Shown here piece after piece: positions 42,966 to 52,922 of a stretch of 64,000 nt of DNA (position 1 is the first letter of the stretch; each line of letters starts with the position of its first letter). Both the position numbers and the translations under genes were made by a program. Under the pieces are notes generated by a model. The model had not been told where the DNA came from, did no database searches, and saw only the letters and a program-made list of their open reading frames with translations. The stretch comes from an uncultured archaeon (GTDB taxonomy: Archaea; Thermoproteota; Bathyarchaeia; Bathyarchaeales; Bathycorpusculaceae): positions 1 through 64,000 of the forward strand of contig CAWALK010000024.1 in NCBI GenBank assembly GCA_963782915.1, read 5' to 3'.

Positions 42966-43275
42966 ACCTTATCGCTTGGTTCTCAAGCATAACCTCATAG
43001 ACTTGGTTAACATCAAAGGTTATGCCTAAACTGTCGTATTCATGCTCGGTTAGGAACAGTATGATTTTTGGCGTTGCCATCTGTTGGCGTTGCGGTAGAA
43101 ACGGCATTTGGGTTTGAAGCGCCTGCATGATATCCTGCGCCATCTTCGCTTCGTCGGATTGCGGCCTTACAATGTAGGGATTAACTTCGCGCTCTTCAAG
43201 CAGTTCGATTCTTTTTCCAAGGTTGCCATCTAAGTCGCGGGTGGATTCGATTTTGTTCACTCGTACGCGAAACAA
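42952..43275 (-). CDS. arcadin-1-like protein
   Basis: D..G...K.I..EE, PKIILFLTE.E...G...V...E..EN..I match recalled Pyrobaculum arcadin-1. Confidence 0.7.
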   Translation of the reverse strand: MFRVRVNKIESTRDLDGNLGKRIELLEEREVNPYIVRPQSDEAKMAQDIMQALQTQMPFLPQRQQMATPKIILFLTEHEYDSLGITFDVNQVYEVMLENQAIRFRKV

Positions 43276-43362
43276 GCGTTATACACTCCTGTTCATAAGG
43301 ATAAGATAGTCACAGATTTAAACTATTTACAGAAACCGCAAAGCCGCTACTTGCTGGGTGCT

Positions 43363-43932
43363 TCAGGGTTCGGGTTTGGCTTGTTTTTTCAGTTGGGCAA
43401 TCCTTGCATCGATGTCTGCTAAACGTTCCCTCATCGATTTCATGCCCTCTATGAGGTGCGTGCGTTGATGTTCAAGCTCTGGCAGAGCTATTTCGCAGTT
43501 TTTGTCTTCGAGAAAAGCGCTAAACGGTGAGGGCATGGGCATTTTAGCTGTTGTTTGTACGTTGAGTACTTCTCGGGCGAATTCGTTGAAGAGGCCGCTG
43601 ATGTTGGTGAATATTTCGCTTTGTTTTACGATGGCGTGTTTGAGGATGGCGTCGCCTGATTGGGTTGTTTTGTAGATTTTTAGGCGTCTGTTTTTTTGGG
43701 TTTCCCAGTGGCCTTTGATGTAGTCACATTTTTCCAGGTCTCGAAGGATGGGGTAGACGCCGCCTGCTGTGGGTTGCCAGAAGCCTTTGGTTCGGCTGTT
43801 GATTTCTTTCATGAGTTCGTAGCCGTGGGAGGGTTTTTTGTTGAGTAGCATTAGGACGCCCATGCGTATGTAGCCTTTTTGCGCTTCTTTCATCCAGTTT
43901 TGTGTGGTCTGGTCTTGGGTTTCAGGCTTCAT
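43363..43932 (-). CDS. PadR family regulator
   Basis: HGYEL..I..W.PT.G.VYP.L..LE..K.Y..T..G. Confidence 0.92.
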   Translation of the reverse strand: MKPETQDQTTQNWMKEAQKGYIRMGVLMLLNKKPSHGYELMKEINSRTKGFWQPTAGGVYPILRDLEKCDYIKGHWETQKNRRLKIYKTTQSGDAILKHAIVKQSEIFTNISGLFNEFAREVLNVQTTAKMPMPSPFSAFLEDKNCEIALPELEHQRTHLIEGMKSMRERLADIDARIAQLKKQAKPEP

Positions 43933-43979
43933 GGGTCTTTCGAACGTATAGTATCTATAGGTAATACTTATATTTTACC

Positions 43980-44004
43980 GCAATATATTGCAGTCAACAA
44001 TATA
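43980..44004. promoter_or_regulatory. putative PadR operator
   Basis: GCAATATATTGC palindrome overlapping TATATTG-N7-CAATATA between divergent padR and ABC genes. Confidence 0.4.
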
Positions 44005-44009
44005 CAAGA

Positions 44010-45053
44010 GTGGTCTCTACAATGGATAACGGTAACATAATCGAAGTAAAGAACTTGACCAAAACATTCGGTAAGTTCACAGCCGTAGATGACATCAGTT
44101 TTGAGGTAAAAAAAGGCGAAATCTTCGGCTTACTAGGCCCCAACGGCGCAGGCAAAAGCACCACACTACGCATGCTCTCCACGCTTTCACGGCCAACCAA
44201 GGGCACAGCCACCATCGGCGGCTATGACACAGTAAAGCATGACATGGAAGTCCGAAACTTAATCGGCATAGTCTCAGAAAAGATGATCATCTACAACCGC
44301 TTAACCGCAAGAGAAAACCTGCGGTTCTTCGGCAACCTATTCAACATCCCCAAAGACACCTTAAACAAAAGAATCGATGAATTACTCGATCTTGTCCAGT
44401 TAAACAAGTTCAAGGATGCTCAAGTGGGAACGTTCTCAACTGGCATGCGCCAAAGAATGAACGTTGTACGTGCATTGCTAAACATGCCGCAGGTGCTCTT
44501 CTTGGATGAACCAACCCTGGGCTTGGATCCCCAGTCTTCAGTGGAAATCCGCGAATTCGTAAGGAAACTCAACCAAGAACAAGGAACCACAGTCATCATA
44601 ACCACCCACATGATGCTTGACGCTGATTTACTCTGCGACCGCATAGCCATCGTTGACCACGGAAAAATCATCGCATTAGACACTTCCACTAATCTCAAAA
44701 AGATAATTTCAGGAGCAGACACCATGGTTGTAAAACTTGAAATCTCAAACCTAACGCCCGAAATGACAACAACCATAAAAGAACTCAAATGCGCAGACGC
44801 AGTAACCCAAGAAAACTCCACAACCCTACATGTTATCGTTCATGGTGGCGACGCCTTCGATAACATTGTCGATGCAGTCCGAAAGAAAGACGGAAAAATC
44901 ACATCAATGGCAAACCTGCAACCATCACTGGAAGACGTTTTCCTGCACATAACTGGGCACGAAGTCCGTGATAGCGCTGACCAAAAAATTCCCATGGTAG
45001 AGCAGGGACCTGGTAGAAGGTTTGGTGGCGGATCACAGAAGAGAGTAAGGTGA
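44010..45053 (+). CDS. ABC exporter ATP-binding protein (DrrA-like)
   Basis: GPNGAGKST, FSTGMRQR, FLDEPT.GLD, PSLEDVFL. Confidence 0.93.
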   Translation: MVSTMDNGNIIEVKNLTKTFGKFTAVDDISFEVKKGEIFGLLGPNGAGKSTTLRMLSTLSRPTKGTATIGGYDTVKHDMEVRNLIGIVSEKMIIYNRLTARENLRFFGNLFNIPKDTLNKRIDELLDLVQLNKFKDAQVGTFSTGMRQRMNVVRALLNMPQVLFLDEPTLGLDPQSSVEIREFVRKLNQEQGTTVIITTHMMLDADLLCDRIAIVDHGKIIALDTSTNLKKIISGADTMVVKLEISNLTPEMTTTIKELKCADAVTQENSTTLHVIVHGGDAFDNIVDAVRKKDGKITSMANLQPSLEDVFLHITGHEVRDSADQKIPMVEQGPGRRFGGGSQKRVR

Positions 45054-45059
45054 TAGAAC

Positions 45060-46243
45060 ATGACCGCAACTACTATTATTAAACACAGTTTCAGAATTGC
45101 ACAAAAAGACCTAACAGAGTTGTTCCGTAACAGATTGGGCTTAGTATTGCTTATCGTTATGCCACTGTTCATGATGGTTATGGTTGGCTTCATTTACCCA
45201 TCTAACGGCACGATAAATGATTTGCAAATTGGTGTTGTCAACCAAGACACAGGTTTCCAAGGGCATTTCGAGCCAAGTCAAGGTTTCTTGACGGGTCTGA
45301 ACCAAATCAACAATCAAACCCACATGCTCATAATGACCGATTTGAATAGCACAGTTGACCTTACCGATCAAGTGCAAAGAGGAGTGTTAGAAGGCGGCAT
45401 AGTTATTCCCGCCAACTTCTCGAGAGCATAATGTCTGGACAGCAAGGCACCATCATTGTAGTCAGTGACGAATCTAACCCGCAAATCTCTGCCACCATAC
45501 AAGGCGCATTAAAAGGCGTCTTTGGCGCAATGAGCACACAATTAGCCATACACAATGTAGCGCCGCTCAACGCAACCAACTCTTTGGCAGTCGTTCAACC
45601 CTACACCGTAAAAACCCAAGGCGTCGTCTCAGGTAACCCAAGCTACTTCGACTTCATCGCACCAGGCATCATGGCAATGACTGTTATGATGAGTGTCATG
45701 ACTGGTTTACCAGTAGCTATTTCACAAGAGAAAGAAATGGGCACAATGGACGGCATGATGGTTGCACCAGTAAACAGACTATCAATACTGTTGGGCAAGA
45801 CAATGGCACAGACAGGCAGAGGCTTAATCCAAGGTGTCATAATCTTGGCGTTGGCAATCGGCATATTCGGAGTCGCCATACAAGGAAGCATACTGCTCGT
45901 GTTCGCGCTACTACTGCTCGGAGTGTTTAGCTTCGTTGGATTGGGCATAGTAATCACATCGTTCACTAAAGACCAAGAAACCGCTCAGATGCTAATGATG
46001 ACACTGATGTTCCCAATGATGTTCCTCTCCGGAGTGTTCTTCCCGATACAGCAGATGCCCTGGTACATGCAGACAATATCGCATTTCCTGCCACTAACAT
46101 ACGCAGCTGATGCATTACGAAAAGTCATGGTACTAGGCGCAGGTGTCCCACAGATAACCAACGAACTCATAATCCTCATAGGCTTTGGCATAGTAATGAT
46201 TGCAATCGCTTTGCCAGTGTTCAAACGGATGATGACACGATAG
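45060..46243 (+). CDS. ABC-2 type permease (1 frameshift)
   Basis: EKE.GT, FLSGVFFP...MP, PLTY. Confidence 0.9.
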
Positions 46244-46253
46244 GAGAACCAAA

Positions 46254-46400
46254 ATGAGCACACTCTGTAACAAATGCCCCTTCTTTCAACTTGCCCCTCT
46301 TTTGAGGCGCAAAAACGCCCGCAAACGCTGCCGCATTGAACCACAACGTCAACTGCGCATCTATGAATGCAAAGATTACCCCAAAAAACAGCAAAAATAG
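46254..46400 (+). CDS. small Cys-rich basic protein (48 aa, not in ORF track)
   Basis: GGAG + ATG right after the permease; MSTLCNKCPFF..RCRI..YECKDY. Confidence 0.5.
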   Translation: MSTLCNKCPFFQLAPLLRRKNARKRCRIEPQRQLRIYECKDYPKKQQK

Positions 46401-46428
46401 CCTTTTTTTCTTTTTTTAGTTTTTTGCT

Positions 46429-46464
46429 TGTTGCTCTCAGCGGACCCCCCTCCCCTTACATAAA
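46429..46464 (-). repeat. TATA-G-rich-GAGCAA dispersed repeat
   Basis: rc TTTATGTAAGGGGAGGGGGGTCCGCTGAGAGCAACA. Confidence 0.75.
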
Positions 46465-46562
46465 GCCAAAATTATTGCTCTAAACGCTGTATAGGCTAGC
46501 GCCCCAATGGATTGCAAAAATGATAATACCCAGTTGCACCACATCCATGCAGGGAAACAGCA

Positions 46563-47105
46563 GTGTCCACCGCAAAACCCCAAAAAAGAAACAGAAAAAC
46601 CCTCGCCTTAATCGCAGCTTACATAGCTATCTTGGCGTTTGCAAGCATTCTAATTCCCTATGATCTCTGGTTCATCTTAGCCGCCTTCTTCGTAGCCAGC
46701 CTCATCATCCTTGTCTCTTGGATCAAAAAAGTTAACCCCCACAAAATACTGACCGCTTTCGTTGCTGCAAACATAGTTTTAGACATAATAGCCATAGTGA
46801 TTTGGGCTGGAGCGCCTGCTACGCAGTGGAGCATCTACCAGTTAGGATTCACAATCGTGGGCACGGAAGCAGCCATAGCCGCAGTGTTGTTTACTGTGGC
46901 ATTATTTGGGTTGTTGAAAAAGAAGAAATGGGCACCCTACCTCGCCCTCATCGTAACTATTAATCAGCGGGTGTTTGCGACCTACGTGTTCTTTCCGAGC
47001 ACCGCAATCGGAGTAACGCTAATTTGGAGTCTGATAATAATTTACTTTGCTTATAGCGACATAATCAAAAACCAAACACTAAACAAAACCAAAATAACCA
47101 CCTAA
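46563..47105 (+). CDS. multi-pass membrane hypothetical protein
   Basis: About six hydrophobic segments. Confidence 0.7.
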   Translation: MSTAKPQKRNRKTLALIAAYIAILAFASILIPYDLWFILAAFFVASLIILVSWIKKVNPHKILTAFVAANIVLDIIAIVIWAGAPATQWSIYQLGFTIVGTEAAIAAVLFTVALFGLLKKKKWAPYLALIVTINQRVFATYVFFPSTAIGVTLIWSLIIIYFAYSDIIKNQTLNKTKITT

Positions 47106-47145
47106 AAAATCCAAAAAAAAGAAGGATTGAGGGATAGCTTGTCGC

Positions 47146-47901
47146 TTATGTTGGCGGGGTTACTACTGTTACTTCGCGGACCAGTATTGTGCCGGAGGTT
47201 TCTGTTTGGCCGCCGATCCATGTGGGTATATTGATTCGGACCCATGCGGGAACATCGTAATGTGTTGTTGTGATTTTGAAGCCGCTCTGTAATGTGAAGG
47301 TTTCTTGGTGGTAGAAGCTGTCGGCGACTCCCCGGAACATCAATGCCATTGCGGGGACGGTTAGGTTTGTGCCGAAGACGGCCGGTGGAAGGTTGGTGAA
47401 GTCAAGGGCAACTGGCACGGTCAGATTAGCATTAAGCACAGTGTCTTCATCCCCATGGGCTGATTCTACCCATACATCTAGCTGGTTGTCGGCTACAATT
47501 TTGAAGTTATTGCGAATCACGGTTCCGTTTACTTCAAGATAGATTGCTGTGTTGTTCCAGACGGCTTTCATTTGGTCGACGGGTGGTTGGTCAAGAATTA
47601 TTGCCATGGGATTGTAGATGTTGAGCGAGGGAATCCACACATAGAAGAACAAAGCATCTGTGTAGTTACGAGTGGCATTGTAATCGTAGATTACAAGTCT
47701 TATGTCAGTGGGGCGACCAGCCAAAGCTCCGCCGCCCGGAGGCAAACTGACGATGACATTTCCAACCGTTGTCGAGGCAGGAGGCACATTTTGGTCTGTT
47801 GCAGGAGGAAAACGGGTGGCTAAAGCAGAATTCAGCGCTGCAGCCAATAGAGTGACAAGACAAAAAGATACAACGAATCCATAAAAAAGTTTTTTGTTCA
47901 T
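47146..47901 (-). CDS. secreted hypothetical protein
   Basis: MNKKL signal peptide; beta-rich; N-glycosylation sequons. Confidence 0.75.
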   Translation of the reverse strand: MNKKLFYGFVVSFCLVTLLAAALNSALATRFPPATDQNVPPASTTVGNVIVSLPPGGGALAGRPTDIRLVIYDYNATRNYTDALFFYVWIPSLNIYNPMAIILDQPPVDQMKAVWNNTAIYLEVNGTVIRNNFKIVADNQLDVWVESAHGDEDTVLNANLTVPVALDFTNLPPAVFGTNLTVPAMALMFRGVADSFYHQETFTLQSGFKITTTHYDVPAWVRINIPTWIGGQTETSGTILVREVTVVTPPT

Positions 47902-47999
47902 CGTTGTTCCCTGCTGTTGCAAGAGAACCATTAATTACATCAAATTCATATACAGTAGTCAGTCGAAAAAAATACGACTATACTTTTGGAGCAGAAACA

Positions 48000-48830
48000 A
48001 TGCCTCAGAACGGGGTTCTCCAAACATTGACCAATCTTGGGTTTGACCCTGTCGACGCCCAAGTATACCTCTTCTTGGCAAAGCAAGGGCTCCAAAAAGC
48101 AAGCACCATAACCCAAACCCTAACCTTAACCAAACAACAAATCTACCCGAGCTTAAAGCGGCTCCAACACAGAGGCATCGTTATCTCCACCCTTGAGCAT
48201 CCCGCACGCTTTACAGCCATACCATTTGAGCAAGTGCTTGATTTATTCATTAAATCGCGAATAGAAGAAGCCCAAAGTATTCAACAAAGAAAAAAAGAAA
48301 TACTTTCCAGCTGGCAATCTTGCCAGACTCAACAACCCGACGACACCTCCAAATTTGCCGTTATAGCAGGCCAAAAGAATGTGTACGCCAGAATTCGACA
48401 GATAATGCAACAAGCAACTAGAAGCATAGCGATTATTTCGCCAGTTTGGGATTTGATTCGCGCAGACCAATTCGGCGTCTTTAGCCACATAAGTTGTGGG
48501 TTAAACCAGAGGCGGATTAGCGTTCGTTTTTTGACAGAAGTTTCTTCCGAGAACATAGCTGTATTGAAAACTTTGCTTGCGGTAATAGACAGCGAAAGAT
48601 TTATTGCGGAAGGAAAGACACTGCAAGCGGGGTTGGGTTTGTTTCCTAAAATGGTGCTGCAAGATAACGATCAAGCCATGTTCTTCATCAACGGCAAGGC
48701 TGGAGAGCAGTTTGAAGCTTGTTTTTGGACAAATTGCGACTCTTTAGTTTTTGCGTTCAAGGGTATGTTTGATGCATTTTGGAGCAAGGGAACAGACATC
48801 CGTAGCAGAATGTGGGAACTGGAAGTTTAA
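48000..48830 (+). CDS. TrmB family regulator
   Basis: L..LGF...AQVYLFL..IY.SLK.L...G.V..P.RF.A.P. Confidence 0.85.
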   Translation: MPQNGVLQTLTNLGFDPVDAQVYLFLAKQGLQKASTITQTLTLTKQQIYPSLKRLQHRGIVISTLEHPARFTAIPFEQVLDLFIKSRIEEAQSIQQRKKEILSSWQSCQTQQPDDTSKFAVIAGQKNVYARIRQIMQQATRSIAIISPVWDLIRADQFGVFSHISCGLNQRRISVRFLTEVSSENIAVLKTLLAVIDSERFIAEGKTLQAGLGLFPKMVLQDNDQAMFFINGKAGEQFEACFWTNCDSLVFAFKGMFDAFWSKGTDIRSRMWELEV

Positions 48831-48880
48831 AGCCGATTTGTTGGCAGAATTCATGTTAATACACTGCTAATCAACTAAAC

Positions 48881-48926
48881 CGATGATGCGACATGTTTTA
48901 GCTGAGTATGAGACTAGACACTGATA
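48881..48926 (+). ncRNA. C/D-box guide sRNA
   Basis: C ATGATGC (48883-89), guide GACATGTTTTAG, D' CTGA (48902-05), C' ATGAGA, D CTGA (48921-24); TATA-like GTTAATAC upstream. Confidence 0.7.
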
Positions 48927-49083
48927 GAACGTAACTAAAATATTCTTATCGCAAATGTAACCAGTTGAGCGTTCTAACAAGGGGCTATGGAATTAGAGTT
49001 TAACAACGGCTATTTTTTTAATTAATCCAGTTACGGTTTTATATGCAACAAAGAGCATACAACTGGAAAAGAAGAGATTACTC

Positions 49084-50526
49084 ATGTCTGATACTGGGGT
49101 AACCGTAAAGAAAAACGTCGACTTTAGCGAATGGTACGTTGAAGTTGTCCTAAAAGCAGAATTAGCCGATTACGCGCCTGTCAAGGGCTGCATGATCATC
49201 CGCCCAGACGCCTACGCTGTTTGGGAAAAAATCCAGGAAGTAGTAAACCAAAAAATCAAAGCAACAGGTCATAGAAACGCCTATTTCCCAATGTTCATCC
49301 CCGAAGCATTCCTCAAAAAAGAGGCAGAACACTTTGCTGGGTTCACTCCCGAAGTCGCGTGGATCACACAGGGCGGCGACACCCCACTAGACGAGAAATT
49401 GGCGGTGCGTCCAACCAGCGAAACCATCATGTACAGCATGTACAGCAAATGGATTAGAAGCTGGAGAGACCTACCACTCAAAATCAACCAATGGTGCAAC
49501 ATCGTACGATGGGAAACCAAAGCCACCAAACTCTTCTTGCGCACCCGAGAATTTCTCTGGCAGGAAGGCCACACAGCACACGCAACCGCCGAAGAAGCAG
49601 AAGCTGAAGTTATGTGGGCACTCAACATGTACAAAGATGTTGTAGAAAACTACCTTGCCATCCCAGTAGTTTTGGGCACGAAGAGCGAGAGTGAAAAATT
49701 TGCAGGCGCCAACTACACCACAGCACTCGAATCCATCATGCCCGACGGCAAAGCCCTCCAAATGGGAACAAGCCACAATCTTGGGCAGCACTTCGCCAAG
49801 GTCTTTGACGTAAAATACATCGGCGAAGACAAAGTTGACCACTTCGTCTGGCAAACCAGTTGGGGCATCACCACACGCCTCATCGGAGCCATGATTATGG
49901 TTCACGGAGACGACAAGGGTTTGGTTATGCCGCCTAAAGTTGCGCCAACACAGGTTGTCATCGTCCCTATCCCATTCAAAGGCTTAGAAGCAGAAGCTAT
50001 CGCAGCTAAAACTAAAGAAATCGAAGCCACACTCAAAGCCAGAGGCATCAGCGTAATCCTCGACGACCGCCAAGAATACACGCCAGGCTGGAAATTCCAC
50101 CAATGGGAACTCAAAGGCATCCCAATCCGCATCGAACTCGGCCCAAGAGACCTCAAAGGCAGCCAAGTAGTCATGGTCAGACGCGACACCGGAGTAAAAA
50201 CACCAGTTGCCAACGCAGACATCCCCGCAACCGTCGATAAACTGCTCCAAGACATACAGGATAACCTACTAGCTAAAGCCAAAGCCATCCTCGCAGACAA
50301 AACCACCCTCGTAGCAAACTACGACGAATTCAAACAGGTGGTTGAGGGCAAAGGCGGCTTTATAAAAGCAGCATGGTGCAATAATCCTGAATGCGAAGCC
50401 AAAATTAAAGACCAAACAGGCGCAACCATCCGAGTACGGCCATTCCAAAAGGAAGAGGCAAAAACCGGCTGTGTCTATTGTGGTAAGGAAGCTAAAGAAG
50501 TAGTTTACTTCGCACGCTCCTACTAA
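49084..50526 (+). CDS. proS: proline--tRNA ligase (archaeal/eukaryotic type)
   Basis: RPTSET, FLRTREFLWQEGHT, QTSWG, C-terminal FARSY. Confidence 0.97.
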   Translation: MSDTGVTVKKNVDFSEWYVEVVLKAELADYAPVKGCMIIRPDAYAVWEKIQEVVNQKIKATGHRNAYFPMFIPEAFLKKEAEHFAGFTPEVAWITQGGDTPLDEKLAVRPTSETIMYSMYSKWIRSWRDLPLKINQWCNIVRWETKATKLFLRTREFLWQEGHTAHATAEEAEAEVMWALNMYKDVVENYLAIPVVLGTKSESEKFAGANYTTALESIMPDGKALQMGTSHNLGQHFAKVFDVKYIGEDKVDHFVWQTSWGITTRLIGAMIMVHGDDKGLVMPPKVAPTQVVIVPIPFKGLEAEAIAAKTKEIEATLKARGISVILDDRQEYTPGWKFHQWELKGIPIRIELGPRDLKGSQVVMVRRDTGVKTPVANADIPATVDKLLQDIQDNLLAKAKAILADKTTLVANYDEFKQVVEGKGGFIKAAWCNNPECEAKIKDQTGATIRVRPFQKEEAKTGCVYCGKEAKEVVYFARSY

Positions 50527-50649
50527 ACCAACCTTTTCTTAATTTTTCTTTTTTATGTCTCGAGGTTCAATAGCGGGCATGCTACATGTTTCATATAAGG
50601 AATGTTTATTTTTTGGGCTAGCAAGTGTTCTGGATACAGGTGAGGGCAT

Positions 50650-51855
50650 CTGACAAACGTTAAAGTAACCAAACGCGCGAGCAACATCGAATATGCAATA
50701 CGCGACGTCATAGTCCATACACAAGACCTCATTAAGAATGGACGAAAAATCTATTACCTAAACATCGGCGACCCCGCCGCATTTGACTATAAAACTCCAA
50801 CTTACGTCAAAGCAGCCCTCTGCAAAGCAATCGAAGAGGACAACAACTATTATTCACCCTCAGAAGGCCGTCCTGAGCTTCGAGAGGCGATTGTTAAAAA
50901 AGAAAAGAGAGTTAACGGCGTAGACATAACCGCCGACAAAGTACTCATAACAGAAGGCATCTCCGAAGGCATCGAGATGCTCCTGGCGGGAATAGTTGAA
51001 AAAGGCGACGAAATCCTATTCCCAGGCCCAACCTATTCACCCTACATCGCCTACACTAAATTCTTCGAAGGCACCCCAGTCGCATATGAAACCATCGAGA
51101 AAGAAGGCTGGGTACCCAACATCGACGATTTACGCAACAAAATCTCACCCAAAACCAAAGCCATCGTAATCACTAACCCCAACAACCCAACCGGCAGCGT
51201 GTATAGCGAAAAATACCTCAAAGAAATAATCGACATCGCAGGCGAAAACAACCTCCCAATCATCAGCGACGAAATCTACGACCAACTAACCTACGAAAAA
51301 CCATTCGTCAGCACCGCAGCACTCACAAACGACGTGCCAATAATTGGCTTAAACGGCTTCTCCAAAGTCTACCAAATGACCGGCTGGCGATTGGGCTACA
51401 TGTACTTTAAAGGCCAAGGCAAAATACTCGACGACCTCAAAATGGGCGTAGAGAAGCAATGCCGCATCCGACTCTGCGCCAACACACCAGTCCAAATCGC
51501 AGGAGCCGCAGCACTCAACGGTCCACAAGGCTTCGTAAAAGGCATCGTAGAGAAGCTTAAGCAACGCCGCGACTACGCCTACAAACGCCTAAACGAAATC
51601 GAAGGCGTCTCCACCACCAAGCCTGAAGGCGCATTCTACATTTTCCCAAAAATCGAAGACGTCGGCGAAGGCAAACGCTGGAAAAACGACTTGGAATTCG
51701 TTATTCAGCTCCTCAAAGAAACAGGCGTCCTAATCGTTAACGGCTCAGGCTTCGATCCAGTGTATGGCAAAGACCACGTCCAGAATCGTGTTTTTGCCTC
51801 CGATTGAGGAATTGGAGCAGGCGTTTGATGCGATGGAAGAGTTCATGAAGAATAA
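50650..51855 (+). CDS. class I PLP aminotransferase (Ala/Asp-like), probable CTG start, 3' frameshift
   Basis: IEYAIRDV, LNIGDP, NPNNPTG, SDEIY, SKVY..TGWRLG; frame open to CTG 50650 after AGGTGAGG. Confidence 0.88.
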
Positions 51856-51942
51856 AGAGGAAAAGCAAAGCCGCAGCCATGTTGGTTACGGCTAAAACCC
51901 TTAATTCATTATTTTTATGAAAAATAAAGAAAAGAAGAAAGT

Positions 51943-52828
51943 TTAGATTTTTGTGCCGTTAGCTGGGTCAGAAATTACATTCTTAAACTCAGCCATCAGC
52001 TTCTTGGTCACTGGACCAGGCTTGCCTGTGCCGACTACGCGTTTGTTGACTTCGCGGATGGGAACAACTTCCATGGCGGTGCCTGTGAAGAATGCTTCAT
52101 CAGCAGTGAATAGCATATATGCTGTCAAGTTGGCGACTGTGACTTTGAGTTTGAGTTTCTCGCAGAGTTTTATGACTGCGTCGGAGGTGATGCCTTCAAG
52201 TGCTCCTGTGCTGCTTGGCGGTGTGAGGATTTCACCGTTTTTGACGATGAAGACGTTTTCGCCGACTCCTTCTGCGATGCAGCCGTTCTGTTCAAGGCAT
52301 ATTGCTTCGTCTGCGCCGCATGCGTTGGCTTCGATTTTTCCAAGTATGCTGTTGAGGTAATTGAGTGATTTGACTTCGCTTGTGGTTGCATCCACGGGGT
52401 TTCTGCGAACCCAAGTAATCAGTGCGGTGACGCCTGTTTCTGATGCGTTACCTGCTTTGATGTTGATGGTGTCTGTGATGATGATAACGCTTGCTTTGGG
52501 GCATTTACGAGGGTCTAAGCCTAAGTCGCCGACTCCTCTGGAAACGACTAAGCGGATGTAGCTGTCCTTCATGTTGTTCTTGCGTAAGGGATTCAACTAC
52601 GGCTGCTACCATTTCCTCTTTAGTTAAGGGAATGTTTAGCATTATGGCATGTGCGCCACGGTATAGGCGGTCAACGTGTTCTTTGAGCTTGAAGACGACG
52701 CCGTTGTAGGCACGGATTCCTTCGAACACGCCGTCACCATAGAGGAAACCGTGGTCATAGACAGAGATTTTAGCCTGAGACTTCGGGTAATATGCACCGT
52801 CTATGTAGATTTGCAATTCGTTAGTCAT
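51943..52828 (-). CDS. ilvE: branched-chain amino acid aminotransferase (1 frameshift)
   Basis: [40 protein letters not shown]. Confidence 0.93.
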
Positions 52829-52922
52829 TTGTTTATTCCTTCTTGGATGCGCTTTTCATATTGTCCAATGATTTGATAAGGTTTACCCCAGTGATACATA
52901 TTTTTCATTTATGCACACTTTA

